64,000 nt of DNA from Lophium mytilinum. Lineage: Eukaryota. The DNA is taken from positions 992,001-1,056,000 of the forward strand of contig MU004187.1 of assembly GCA_010093605.1 (NCBI GenBank). Reading direction: 5' to 3'. Below, piece after piece: positions 36,006 through 48,501 of the stretch; within the stretch, counting starts at the first letter, position 1; each line of letters begins with the position of its first letter. The notes under the pieces are model-generated. The model was not told where the DNA came from. It did not search any database and saw nothing but the letters and a program-made list of their open reading frames with translations. The position numbers and the translations under genes are program-made.

Positions 36006-39000
36006 ATGGCTGAACCTCACCTACCATCCTTAGAACTCCTCAAAGCAGCACGAGTCCCTACCGAAATCGAATTCCAGCTGGCAGAGGGAGAAATCCCCAA
36101 AATTCAACCAGGCGATGCAGGCCCTGCCAAATCCCAGACAGCGGAGGAGGAACCCGCCCCAAGTCAAAAGCAGGAATCGGACCCTCAGAATGACGGTTTC
36201 GACTGGGATCTCGACCAGAATGAGGGTCATGAAGACGAGAAATGGTTTCCGACAGAAAAGATACTCCGGGTGATGCGATCGACCTTCTTCATCTACGTCA
36301 TACAGTATGGTCTGCCCAAGGAGCAACGGGGGATGTTCTACTTCCTCTTCGTTCAGTTTCATGAAGATTTCAAACCCGAAATGATCTTCTACTCCGCAAT
36401 ACCCGCCGTCTTGATGTGGTATTACCCGCAAATTTCTCCCGGATTGATATACAGCTCAACACGCTCTATTGACCTTTACAGCCGAAGTCGATACATGGAA
36501 ACGAAAGCCTATTTTATCGACGTGGGCACATACGCTATCTTCACTGGGCTCTTTGCAGTTCTCTTTGATTTTCGGGGATTAACAGCAGAGATTGAGCCCC
36601 TTTTTGGACAGGCTTCGACATGGCGAGGCGCGCTCTTGCCCATTTTTCCTGGCATATTTCTACGATTCGTCAACGAGCGCCCGAACTCCATAAACGGCTT
36701 TGTCCCGGAAAACAAGCAGGGAATTTTGATGGCTATCTTCGTTCGAGCTTGCACCGCAGTTCTTCCTCCGGTCGTTACGTGGCCAATTTGGGTCGCCTAC
36801 TCGGCGCCAAGTACAGAACATCCTACCATGTTCGTCGACTGGTTGTTTTGCACCTTTCTTTGGATATATACCGAAACTTCACCACTGGGTGCATATGCAA
36901 TATGGCTCCTGGTCAACCAGTATCGCCATACATACACGTGGTTTCTTAATTTTGGCGGCGGTCCGTCTGTCATTCTACAACGTGAGCGAAACGGAACCAT
37001 GTGGTACATCACAACCGTATTGTTGATGCGGCTTCTTGAAATCGGCGCTGGTCCAGATATTGTCAAAAGCGAGTTCCTCACGCTTGCTCCACAGACTTGG
37101 ATTCCTATCGCACTGATCTTTAGCATTGGAACATACCTCCTCCAGTATGGATTGCTCTTGCGTATTTACAAGTTCGAGCACAAGCCATTGGCGAAGGGAG
37201 ACAACCTCCGACTATTGCGGCTTCGTGCCCAACCTTGCCTGCCGAACTCTCCAATTCAGTGTGACATTATCCACACCTCGATCGCACGCCCTCCGCAGTA
37301 CGTTGCAGTGTCTCATCGATGGGACTCATCCGGAGCGCCCCAAGAGATGATCCTGCTCGATGGCGGCCTGTTTCCAGTTTCACGCAGCATCCATTCTCTT
37401 CTCATGGCAAAGCGATCCAACCTCCATCCACGGTATTTTTGGATCGATTCCATATGCATCAACCAGAAAGACAATGTTGAGAAAAGCAAACAAGTTGGCT
37501 TGATGAGAAACATATATGAAGAGGCAGATATGACTCTAGGATGGCTAGGCGAGGACCCGGGCGCGAAGAAAGCCGTTTCTCTCATCAAACGAATCGCCGG
37601 GATTACATCGGTCGATGCTCTGTCCAGTCTCTGCTCGGAGCCAGATTCTGGCTGGATCGAATTTGAGAAGTTCATGTCAAACGAATGGTTTGAGCGAGTT
37701 TGGATTGTCCAAGAGATTGCGGCAGCAAAAGCTCAAATTCTTCGATATGGAAATCAGGAGATCGAATGGAGTACTTTTTCTTCCGCGCTGGTTCGCATCA
37801 TGCAGTTTTCTGTCCGGATGGAGACCAACACTTCTGCTCTTCTCGGTCGACGAGAGGTCCTCAGCGCTCTTATCATGGAAGAAATCAGAGCCCACATTGC
37901 CAAAGTCGATCTCGTTAAGCTGAAGGATGCGCTAAAGCTCTCGCTCGGGTTCAATGCCACACTTCCCGTCGACAAAGTCTACGCCCTACTTGGACTTGTT
38001 GATGAGCGCCATACACCACTGTTTCATCCCAAATTTGGATCCTCCAACGGACTCATAGGAAACAAGATCAACGATTATCGGTTCCTTTTCAAAGATGCTA
38101 TAGATTCAGGGAAGTTACTGACTGAGCTGTTAAGCACTGCAACCGGTGAAAAGAATTCAAGACGTGCTCGCGCCATTCTTTCTTTAGGCCCCTCCCATGC
38201 TGTGCGATACATCGTAATCCTAGTCCGAGACCTCGACAAAATCCTCAAAAGAATAGAGGAATGGAAGAATGGAAATCTCAAAATGCTAGAAGAACCCATT
38301 CAACCGGACTATACTGGGAAGACCACCGCTCTGCTAATCTACACACATGTTGCAAGAGACCTTGTCAAGCAAGGCGACGCCATGTCTTTCATCAAGTATG
38401 CCGGAACCTGGCGTCCAAGGAACAGGGACTTCACTGCGTTGCCCTCCTGGGTCCCAGATTGGTCCACGGATGGTGATGTGTTTCGAGAGGTTGGAATCTA
38501 CCTTCTTCCCTGGCGGAAATGTAATCGACTAGCCAGCCAGAACAAAAAAGATGAGTCTGGTGAGCCCCAAATACAGCCTTCTGTCTTCGAAGACGGCGGG
38601 TCAAAGATTTTATTCATCAAAGGCTTGGAGATCGGGTCTATTGCACGCCTGGCGCCTCTCGCGAAGAATCTCGATGCTCCCCAAGATGCCGGGCGCGAAG
38701 AAGCCACAAAAGATTTCCTCCAGATGACATCGACCTATCACACCGCACTGGAACTTGCAAAAAAGCTTAGCGCCTCCAAATACGACTCAGAAGACGCCTT
38801 CGAGAACGCCTTCTACCGCACCCTCGTCGCCGACTCCAACTCAACAGCCGGACGCGGTCCAACTCCACAATCAATGAAAGACTGGACTTTAAACGGATCA
38901 GCAGGCTGCCCCATCGGCCCAATTCTCCTGCCCGAAGAGTTCCCGGAATACTGGTCCCATTTCTTCACGTCCGATGAGCCGGACGCAGCGAGCAAATTCC

Positions 39001-39611
39001 GTGAGACTCTCCTCAAGGAATATCTATTCATTCGCCGCATGCAATCCTCTGCTAATTCCAAGTTTGCGCATCTCATCCGCACCGATATCGCTCCTTCTTT
39101 CTCTCGGTATAATATGCGGGCAAAAGCAAGTAGTAGCAATGACGCCGCAGAGGAGAGTCGGCCGTCGATGTTGAGCAATGGAGCTGGCAACCCTCTGACT
39201 GGGTATGCCCAGTACGTTGACTATACGATCGGCAGATCCTTCATTGTTACGGGCGAAGGACTCATGGGACTTGCGCCACCTGGCGCGAAGGAGGGAGATG
39301 TTTTGGTGAGGGTGGAGGATGATGGGAGGGTTGTTTGGTTGACGTTGCGAGAGGAGAAACCTCCGCAAGGAGATGTTCAAGAACCCAAAAAATCCCAGGG
39401 TCACAGCAAGCTAGACGCGACGGCTGATCTCAAAGATGCCACTACTCCACGGAACAACATTGATCAAGAAGATGCGATGAATCTACCGAAAGTCAACGAC
39501 CGCCGACCATGTCATCCGGGAACCTTCCGACTAGTCGGCGAGGCGTACATTCACCAGCCGAAGTTGGAAGCTAGCCCGATTGAAGATTTGAAGTGGTTTG
39601 AGGTGTGGTGA
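36006..39611 (+). CDS. HET-domain protein with a multi-pass hydrophobic N-terminus, intronless, 1201 aa
   Basis: HET motifs YVAVSHRW, FWIDSICINQ..EKSKQV.LM..IY and WFERVWIVQE. HET-6-like C-terminal motifs DKVYALLGL, LPSWVPDWS, GLAP..GD and FRLVGEAYI. Confidence 0.9.
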   Translation: MAEPHLPSLELLKAARVPTEIEFQLAEGEIPKIQPGDAGPAKSQTAEEEPAPSQKQESDPQNDGFDWDLDQNEGHEDEKWFPTEKILRVMRSTFFIYVIQYGLPKEQRGMFYFLFVQFHEDFKPEMIFYSAIPAVLMWYYPQISPGLIYSSTRSIDLYSRSRYMETKAYFIDVGTYAIFTGLFAVLFDFRGLTAEIEPLFGQASTWRGALLPIFPGIFLRFVNERPNSINGFVPENKQGILMAIFVRACTAVLPPVVTWPIWVAYSAPSTEHPTMFVDWLFCTFLWIYTETSPLGAYAIWLLVNQYRHTYTWFLNFGGGPSVILQRERNGTMWYITTVLLMRLLEIGAGPDIVKSEFLTLAPQTWIPIALIFSIGTYLLQYGLLLRIYKFEHKPLAKGDNLRLLRLRAQPCLPNSPIQCDIIHTSIARPPQYVAVSHRWDSSGAPQEMILLDGGLFPVSRSIHSLLMAKRSNLHPRYFWIDSICINQKDNVEKSKQVGLMRNIYEEADMTLGWLGEDPGAKKAVSLIKRIAGITSVDALSSLCSEPDSGWIEFEKFMSNEWFERVWIVQEIAAAKAQILRYGNQEIEWSTFSSALVRIMQFSVRMETNTSALLGRREVLSALIMEEIRAHIAKVDLVKLKDALKLSLGFNATLPVDKVYALLGLVDERHTPLFHPKFGSSNGLIGNKINDYRFLFKDAIDSGKLLTELLSTATGEKNSRRARAILSLGPSHAVRYIVILVRDLDKILKRIEEWKNGNLKMLEEPIQPDYTGKTTALLIYTHVARDLVKQGDAMSFIKYAGTWRPRNRDFTALPSWVPDWSTDGDVFREVGIYLLPWRKCNRLASQNKKDESGEPQIQPSVFEDGGSKILFIKGLEIGSIARLAPLAKNLDAPQDAGREEATKDFLQMTSTYHTALELAKKLSASKYDSEDAFENAFYRTLVADSNSTAGRGPTPQSMKDWTLNGSAGCPIGPILLPEEFPEYWSHFFTSDEPDAASKFRETLLKEYLFIRRMQSSANSKFAHLIRTDIAPSFSRYNMRAKASSSNDAAEESRPSMLSNGAGNPLTGYAQYVDYTIGRSFIVTGEGLMGLAPPGAKEGDVLVRVEDDGRVVWLTLREEKPPQGDVQEPKKSQGHSKLDATADLKDATTPRNNIDQEDAMNLPKVNDRRPCHPGTFRLVGEAYIHQPKLEASPIEDLKWFEVW

Positions 39612-42035
39612 ATACTTTGAATGCTCTCGTTCCGGCGTATTGCGCGTTCTGCTACTGCACTGCACGGGTCTAATAAGCTCCCTTGCAATGATGGCGGCCT
39701 TCTTATTCTGCGTTGTCGACTATAGGAGATGTTTTCGGATCCCAATCTGCAGGGCGGAGGTGAATAACGTACCAGGCTGGAAGACGTTGGGTGACGACTT
39801 GCAGGTCGGAATAGCAATATTATATGCGGCTTTGCGTAGCCTCGTAACGCTCTGCATTACCATCATGCACGCTTCCTTGTAGTCGCCTGCATGAGCCATC
39901 CCGACGTGCGTGGACACAATTGGCTACCCTCGATTGGAGTTGATGTCAGTTTCGAGAGGTCTCAATTCAGATTCAAGCGCTTGCGCGAGGCCGACGCTGT
40001 GCTTATTCACCGACATCCATTTTCAGAGGGGTAGTCACTAGAGATATGTGATTAGTTGTAATCTCGCATACTGCGTCATGACGATCACTCGGATCTGAAA
40101 ATGGCAAATAAAGAGATAGTAACAAGGTAGCATATCGTTCTAAGGTAGATATTTGGATATTTGTCAATCATTTCTCAACGATTGGGTACATTTTCGGTAG
40201 ATAGCAGATCTGTAAATCGCGATGCACCCAGATCTTGAACACAGATGGAAAAATAAAAGCTCGATCTCCTATGCCAAGACACCATAGTGCAATGACTATT
40301 GAGTGTACTTCATCTTCGCATGTTGCCTAATACTTAGCGTACCAGAATGTATACAAGAAATTGTATCTGAATTTCGCCAACCGGAGTATAGTGATAAGAG
40401 CTCAGAGTTCGTCATTCGACCATGCTCCTCGGAAGCTTCGATTAGAGCTTCTAGAAAGCCACACGACAGGGCCGATCCAAGACCATGTGCATACCCGAGG
40501 GTGCCGGTTTGTGCTAGCGGGAGGCCGGACCCAGGCTCGCGGTTGTGTTGCAGTAAGCTCTGCCGAGTCTGCGGTGCTACTTGGCGGATTATCTTGATTG
40601 CACTCTGCGATACCTAGGTATCCTCTACGAGCCGTGGTCTGTCTCGGTTCGGTCTTGACATGGAAATAAGGAAATAGCATATGACGTTAGGAGAGTTTGA
40701 AAGTGGAAGGGTGGACCTCATGAGCTCTACCAATAGCAAGCGGCACTCCGCAATCTCGCTATCGACCAATAGTCTGGGACGCCTATCGTGCAGCTTCATT
40801 GTCGGTTGCTCGATTGAATTTGACATTGGTGCCCGCCTGTCAGGACAGCAGACAGGCGCCATAAGGCGATTGTGCGGTTTCCCGGCCAGGCCTTGCCGCG
40901 GTGGCCGTATCTCGAGCTCCCAAGCCCACGTCGGCGGAGGAGGCAGACGCTTCGGGCACCTCCGAGTGGCCATCCCACGATCCCACGACACTCCACGAGG
41001 TGCTCCACATACCACGCGGTTCGCGGCACACTGAAACTGCCCTGTCAGAGTGCTCTTGTACCGAAGCGGCTTGCAGGACCTCGAAGCTGGAGACGTGCAA
41101 CTCGACACCACCCCCGATGCGCGTCGTCTGCATGCAGGGCGCAACCGGCCCTGCTCGAAGCGGATTGTCGACATCATTTCCACGGTGCGACGGCCTCGAT
41201 GCGCCCGCTGGCTGATCTCCAGCTCCCCAGTGTCCCAGGCCGCGAAGAACTGCTGCAGTGAGCCCTGACGCACGGCAGCCAAGCGCGAAGGACAAATTCT
41301 CGAACGTCAGCCAGCATGCTGATTGGCGCGCGTCTTATCGCGAAACAACACGGTGCTGGACGCCACCGGGGAGCTGCGCGATGGCGGGCGGAAGAGTAGG
41401 CCGCTTCAGTCCACCATCTGGGGTCCCATGCTCGGTATCGCCAGGCCAGTTGCTGCAGGACATGCTTTTACGTGCTTTTTCCCCTGGTAAAATGAACTCC
41501 TCACGAGCTGTGAGCGCGGGGGAGTGTCGACGGGAGGCCCACGGATCTGATGCTGGTGCCAAATGGTCGTGTATGCCCAGTGTTGCACGAGATATAGGGC
41601 ACTGAGACCCATGCGCTGCCGCTGAGGGCGCTTGGGACAGCAGCGCAGTTCGCCGCTTTCACGGTCAACGCCTTCTCTCCTCGATCAAGCGTCCGGTCCC
41701 GGGGTGTGCAAGCGGCCGATCTGGGAGCCCATCTCGCCCTTGCCGTTGGTGCTGTGGGTGAATGGGCGCCGAGTCCCGTTACCAGACCCAGAAAGACCCC
41801 CGTAGCCTCCTCCACATCGCGCCTCGAGTGCGTTAGGCTTATCGTGGTGGCCAGCAGCATGCCCGGGATGCTCCATTGCCGTCCTCCATATATTAACGCC
41901 CGAGGTACCTCATCCTAGGCTTTCCAGTGCAGCTCTTGACAACAGCCCTTCACCACCTTCAGCACTCAGCTTCAGGTCAGTCCGCGACCATCCGGAGATC
42001 AAACTCGAGCAGCTCCGGCTTCACACGTGCCCGCC

Positions 42036-43763
42036 ATGGGTTATCAGGAATACGACCACGATGTTGAGAAGGAGCCCACTCTCCCGACTCAGTATGTCCA
42101 GGACGACGGTGCGGTCCCCGGCGAGAGCTTCGAGTATGGGAACTCCACCTATGCAAAGATCCAGCGGTTGGCTGGCAAGTTCAAGATTGAACAGCGAGGC
42201 ATTGAGCGCGTCCCTGAGAATGAGCGGGACGACAATTCTCTGCTAAATGTTGGCACTATGGTATGTCTCCATTTCCAGATACCTAATATCACAACCTCTA
42301 ATACGTTTGATAGTGGCTGTCCGCCAACATGGTCGTCTCGTCCTTTGCGATTGGTCTGCTCGGCAAATCACTCTTCTATCTTGGCTTCGTTGATGCCATC
42401 CTTGTCGTGATCTTCTTCAACCTCATCGGCATAATTCCGGTCTGCTACTTCTCTACCTTTGGCCCTCGCTTCGGTCTGAGGCAGATGGTGCTCTCGAGAT
42501 TTTGGTTCGGCTGGTGGGGAGTAAAGCTTAGTATGTTTACCAGTAAATCACCTCGAGATCACCGAACTAACAGGTTGTAGTCGCTATCTTCAACGTTCTC
42601 GCATGTATCGGATGGTCATCAGTCAACTCCATTGTCGGTGCTCAGCTCATCCATGCTGTAAACAACGACGTCCCCGGGTATGCTGGTATCATCGTCATCG
42701 CTGTCTGCACATTCCTCATCACCCTCTTTGGTTACAAGGTCGTGCACGCCTACGAGTTCTGGTCTTGGATCCCGACCTTCATTATCTTCCTGATCATTCT
42801 CGGTGTCTTCGCTCACTCCGGCGATTTTGTAAACATCCCAATGGGCGTTGGAACTTCAGAATTGGGATCGGTTCTTTCCTTTGGATCCGTCATCTACGGC
42901 TTCGCCACTGGATGGACTTCTTACGCTGCCGACTACACCGTCTACCAGCCCAGCAACCAGGGCCGCACTAAGGTCTTCTTCTCCGTCTGGCTTGGCCTCA
43001 TCATCCCTCTCCTGTTCACGGAGATGCTTGGCGTTGCTATCATGTCCGCCACCTCCCTTAACGGCGGCGACAACATTTACCAGACTGGCTACGATGCCTC
43101 CGGCACCGGCGGTCTCCTCGCCGCAGTACTCTTCCCCCCGGCTGGATCCTCCCACAGCGGACTCGGCACGTTCGGAAAGTTCTGCCTGGTCATCCTCGCT
43201 CTCTCCATCATTGCCAACAACTGCCCGAACATCTACTCCGTTGCCCTGACCATGCAGGTGCTCGGACGCTGGACTCAGCGCGTTCCCCGTTTCCTCTGGA
43301 CTGCTATCGGCACGGCTGTCTACATCGCCATTGCGATTCCCGGCTACTCACACTTCGAGTCCGTTCTCGAGAATTTCATGAACTTCATTGGTGAGTCTAC
43401 TTGAAATCTCGAATAACACGAATAAGCACTAATCAGAATGAAATAGGTTACTGGCTCGCCATCTACGAGGGCATCGCCTTCAGCGACCACTTTTTCTACA
43501 AGCGCGGCATGGCCGGCTACATCCCAGAGCACTACGACCAACCCCGCAAGCTTCCCCCGGGCATTGCCGCCATCGCCGCCTTTTGCTTCGGCGTCGCAGG
43601 CATGGTCACCGGCATGTCGCAGGTGTGGTTCGTGGGCCCGATCGCACTCCACGCGGGCGAGGCGCCTTTCGGCGGCGATGTCGGCTTCGAGCTTGGCTTC
43701 GCGTTCTCTTTCACCAGCTATACTTTCCTGAGATACTTCGAGCGGAAGTATTTCGGCAGGTAG
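42036..43763 (+). CDS. fcy2: Purine-cytosine permease (NCS1 family), 4 exons
   Basis: Motifs IEQRGIERV, WLSANM, GPRFGLRQMVLSRF.FG, GWTSYAADY and IANNCPNIYS. Confidence 0.9.
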
Positions 43764-44577
43764 ATGTGTGGGGTGTGCTTGTAAGAATAGTAGGGGATGG
43801 GGCGTTATAAGGGGATGATATGATACCACGGTGGCAGGAGTCCTTCTAGTAGGGTTGTTACATTTAGCGATTTCCTTACCGTCGTTTGAGATAAGGTTTG
43901 GATATACAGAAATCTGGCCTTGGTAATTCTATCGCTCGTTCTAAGAAAAAAGGATTAGAGTGGGATAAAATGGATACCATCATTACTCAATCTGCTTCCC
44001 TGTTCGCTATGTGATGTGTCTTCGCATAATCCGCCTTCTATACCTCGCAAGACTAATTTTGACATTTGAGCCTCGGATCTTATGGGTCATATGAATTTTG
44101 TTTGCAGCGGTGACGTCTCTAGTCATGTGGTGCCCACGTGATGCCAGTTTCATCGGTCTTACAATGTGTGATGTGACAAAGGTTCCGTCGCCCTTCAAAA
44201 GATTTGGATCTCTGAAATGTCCTGGAGTGACTCATCTAGGAAGAAATCAATACAACATATGCTCGAGTCAAGGATGAGTCGAAATGATCGTGCATCTGGC
44301 TACGCTGGAAGCGGAAAAGAGGCGACCTTTTTGCAGCCCTCAGCCATGAGCGTCACAATACACAGCTTTTCGAATCTCCACCACGCATGCCGTGTGAAGT
44401 TTCAACATGGCATGCTGAGATGACGGCATGCCCAGACGCCGATTTTCAAGATGTAGATAAGTGCACACAAATCTCTTCCACATCCTCAGTCAACACCTTC
44501 ACAAGAATCAAACCCCTTCCCTTTCTATGCCACCACTCCCCTCCCCATCTCTCCACATCCAAACAAACAACCGTATC

Positions 44578-45813
44578 ATGTCCTCCCCACCCCCCAACTA
44601 CCCCATCCCCACCGGTCTCCACCCCATCCCCCCATCAAACCTTGACCTCCGCCCGGACTCCGCAATCGACCAAACCCTCCTCCACCCCCTCCCCATCTCC
44701 TCCTCCTCCAAAAACATCTGGTTCTTCTGGCACGCCGGCTACCCCTCCCTGCACCCCTACACGCGCCGCAACATCCGCGCCTGGCACCGGCGCCTCGCGC
44801 CGCATGGCTGGGTAATCCGCGTCCTCGACCTCGCGCCCAACTCCCCGCTCAACATCTCAAACTACCTCGACGTCTCTGACCCTCAGCTTTTTCCTGCTGC
44901 GTTCCGCGACGGCACGATCGGCGGCGCCTACGCGCTGCAGCACGCGTCCGACCTCGTGCGCTGGCCGCTGCTGCTGCGGTACGGCGGCGTGTACGCGGAT
45001 GTCGGGCTGCTGCAGATCGGGGACCTGGACCGGTTGTGGAGCGCGACTGTCGGTAGTGCGGGGTCGCGGTTTGAGGTGCTGGCGTATGATGATGGGGGTG
45101 GGGTGGGGAGGGGGTTGTGTAATTATTTCTTGGGGAGTGGGAAGGGGAATGAGTTGTTTGCGCGGTGTCAGAGGTTGTTGGTGGAGCTCTGGGAGGGGCG
45201 GACGAGCACGGAGGGGATGCATGCGAGTCCGTTGCTGAAGGGGGTGCCGCTTTTAGAGGGGACGTTTAGTTTTGAGGAGGAGGAGGGGAAGGCGGTGATT
45301 GGGCATGAGGAGGCGAGGAGGATGTTGTCGGATTATATTGTTCAGGGGCAGGTGATGACGTTGGTGATGAATCTTGTGGATGTGGAGGGAGGGTGGGATG
45401 GGCCGGGGTATGTGAAGGAGCATGTGTATGGGATTGAGTTTATGGTGGGGGCGCAGTTGATTAATGAACTCACGGCGTGGGACGGGGGGCTGGCGTTTAG
45501 GTTGATGTCGCTGGAGATGCCGAGGGAGGGGGAGGGGGAGAGTGAGGAGCAGAAGAGGGCGAGGGAGATTGTGGAGACGATTTTGAGGAAGAGTTTTGGG
45601 TTTAAGTTGGCGCATGGGATGATTTTGAAGGCGTATAAGCATACGTTGGGGTCGTTGTGGAGGGAGAATGAGGGGAGTGACGATGTGGTCGGCACATATG
45701 CACATTGGTTGAGGTATGCGATGGTTTATTGGACTCAGGATGAGATTCCGTCCCCAGTGGAGTATAAGGGAAATGAGCCGTATAAGATTGGTCCGATGCT
45801 GAGGGAGGAATAA
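44578..45813 (+). CDS. Caps_synth/GT32-like DXD-type glycosyltransferase
   Basis: Motifs KNIWFFWHAG and QHASDLVRWPLLLRYGGVYADV. Confidence 0.8.
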   Translation: MSSPPPNYPIPTGLHPIPPSNLDLRPDSAIDQTLLHPLPISSSSKNIWFFWHAGYPSLHPYTRRNIRAWHRRLAPHGWVIRVLDLAPNSPLNISNYLDVSDPQLFPAAFRDGTIGGAYALQHASDLVRWPLLLRYGGVYADVGLLQIGDLDRLWSATVGSAGSRFEVLAYDDGGGVGRGLCNYFLGSGKGNELFARCQRLLVELWEGRTSTEGMHASPLLKGVPLLEGTFSFEEEEGKAVIGHEEARRMLSDYIVQGQVMTLVMNLVDVEGGWDGPGYVKEHVYGIEFMVGAQLINELTAWDGGLAFRLMSLEMPREGEGESEEQKRAREIVETILRKSFGFKLAHGMILKAYKHTLGSLWRENEGSDDVVGTYAHWLRYAMVYWTQDEIPSPVEYKGNEPYKIGPMLREE

Positions 45814-46083
45814 GTGGAGAGTGGAGTTTGTTGTACGAGAGAATAGGTACCTATATCCAAGCCCAGATATATCCGTATTACTGTCAATCCTTTGCGAAAA
45901 GTCTCTCCTTCCGTGTTGTTTAATTTCAAGCTGCGCCTGCAGTAGCCGTTCCACTCTCGGTTCTCGCCTCAGTTTCATACTTCGCGATACCTTTCTTCAC
46001 TTCCGCATCTACATCCCAGGCATACAACCTCTCGTTCATGTCTCCAAATAGAAGTTGCGCTATACCCGAGGAACATACATTAG

Positions 46084-47618
46084 CTAGCTATCGCAACCGA
46101 TTTGAAACGTAGGAGTAAAAGAGAACTCACCAATCCAAGGAACCTTCCCAAACAACCACATGAACCCACACATTACCATCTCCCCCACAACCCCAATATC
46201 ACCTTTCCCGCGGTCCATTTTCTTCGCCGCGTCCGAGATCTCCCGCACACGCGGCTCGCGTACAGCATACAGAACAGAGGCCGTGGCGTCGATCGTAGCT
46301 TGGAGGTCTACCCCACTCCCACTTTGCTCGGAAGCATCGGTCTCGTTATAGACTTTGTTCAGATAATGTGAGAGAATTAGGGACAACGTGAGTCCGTCTT
46401 CCAGACACTGGCTCGCGCCCTGCCCGCTGGTTGGCTGGAGCGCATGTGCGGCGTCTCCTATTAAGATGAGTGCATTACGGCCCCAATGGGGGAGGGGTGG
46501 GGTGGTCCAGGTCGGATAAATGGAGGAGACGGAGTCGGCGACTGAGGAGATGATGGTTTGGATTACAGGGTCTTTCCAGGCGGCGTGGCGTTCACGGAGC
46601 TCGGTGGTGATAGTTGGGATTGAGAGGTCGTCTGAGGTGGGGAGAGATGGGGTGTGATAGGTTGACCACCTGCAACGTGAGAAGACGAGACAGTTGGATC
46701 AGGTAAGGAGAACAACGTACCACATTAGACTCTCCTCTTCCTCGGATGCACTACTCCCGTATCCGAAGAAGCCGTTCCCGCCGAAGGTGAAAACCATACC
46801 TTTCTCCCTTTTCACCTCATCCGGTAGTGGGCCCTTGACGAAACCGCCTACACCAGCTTGGTTCCTTCGATACATCAGCACCGTCTCCACTAGCTACCCT
46901 CAAACCGGCGACGGAAAACCCAAATGTAGAGTCCTGCTAAAGAAGGCCAAACTCACATATAAACCGGCGCATACCCCTCCCCAAAAGCCCCCTTTTTGAC
47001 CACACTCCTCACCCCATCTGCGCCCACCACCAAATCCGCCTCCTCCACTTCCCCATCTTCGAACTTCACAATTGGCTTCCCGCTCGCTCCTTGTCCTACC
47101 TCCGCAACCTTCTTATACCGAATCACCCCTTCTCCGTCTCCGCTCGCCTCCACAAACCCTCGGAGAACCTCCCACAGCCCCATCCGACTCATGCTCACGC
47201 AAGCCTCCCCGGGTACGCGCGCGTCTGTGCACGGCATGCTACTCAACCGCCACCCCCTCGCCGACCGGAAGATGAAGCGCTCGTTTGCGAAGCCTTGGGC
47301 TAAAACTGCCTCGTGGAGTTCGGATGAGAGGCGGGCGAGGATGCGCATGCCGTTTGGAGCGAGGGCGAGCCCTCCACCGATGGTGGTGGTTGAGGGGGTC
47401 AGGTTTGGTGTCGTTGGGGGCTCGGATTCGGGGGAGTTGGATGAGGGAGATGACAAGGAGGTAGAGGTAGAGGGAGAGCTAGAGGGTTTGGGCTCGTGGG
47501 ATTCGTATATGAGGAGCTCGTGGGGTGGATAAGGGGCTGGAGGGTTAGGGAGGTGCTGGAGGAGGTGGAGGTAAAGGGATGTGCCTGCGATGCCGCCGCC
47601 GACGATGATGATTTTCAT
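46084..47618 (-). CDS. FAD-dependent monooxygenase, multi-exon
   Basis: Motifs IIVGGGIAG, DLVVGADGVRSVV and LIGDAAHAL..TSGQGASQCLED (~46400-46470). Confidence 0.88.
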
Positions 47619-48501
47619 GGTGTTTGAATGGTGGGATTTTTGTAGAAGTGTGAGGGGTTACGAGCGAGGAGTTTAAGTATCGAAGGGTTAGACACAGGAG
47701 AAGGATCTTGGTAGAGACGTAACAGTTTTGGAAGGATGGTATGTTGAGAAACTTGAAGTTTGAAAGTTTTGAAGCAGAGACAAAGAATGCTAAGGCTACC
47801 TGCCCTACTTCAAACCATAGTATGCAAGACGCGGCTCATTAAGGATTCTGGCGCTTCAGGCAGCAACGGATAGCGGCCTCGTAATACGGGCATGCCACGC
47901 AACTCGGTGTTGATGCATTGGAGATGTACACGCGTCTTCCATCATTGTGAGTGTAAGAGGCTTGCAGTTGCAGGGCGAGACGAGGCCGTGGCGTCGTCTA
48001 TACGAGGCACGTGATAACGTCCAACCCTTCTAACTTTGAACTGTTACGAGTCTACCGCTTTTCCGTTGATGGTACAACTTTGTGGAGCCGTAAACCTTGT
48101 AGAAGTATTCGGCGATAAGACTGTACACATCAACTCATCACTGTTTGGGCTATCCCTAGTGTTATTTATTACCCTGAACATAATGAAAGGCTAGGATAGT
48201 GGAAACATTCCACAGAATATATTTCGCCCATGCGAGGGACTTTCATCACAATTCCCTTGCTCGAGGTAGAGGTTTGATAGCGAAGTGAATTTTCATCTTC
48301 ACTTCGACAAAGGGCTCCCTTATCTCACTTCCTCAGCTATTAGACGGGTTGAAAAGATCGACAGAAATCAGATAACAAGGCTTCAATCAAGGCTCAGCTT
48401 TTGTGTCTGGCTGATGTTTAGAAGTCTAGTATAATTGTTGGCTCCTCTATAGATTGATCAGTATCATGACCAGTAATCTAAAGGCTTTCCTTCATCTATG
48501 C

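Noticed and set aside
40300..41920. Cluster of overlapping ORFs upstream of the permease
   Set aside because: This is GC-rich intergenic DNA with no motifs or consistent coding frame.
42036..47618. Secondary-metabolite cluster (permease, glycosyltransferase, monooxygenase)
   Set aside because: There is no PKS, NRPS or terpene backbone gene and no evident shared pathway.
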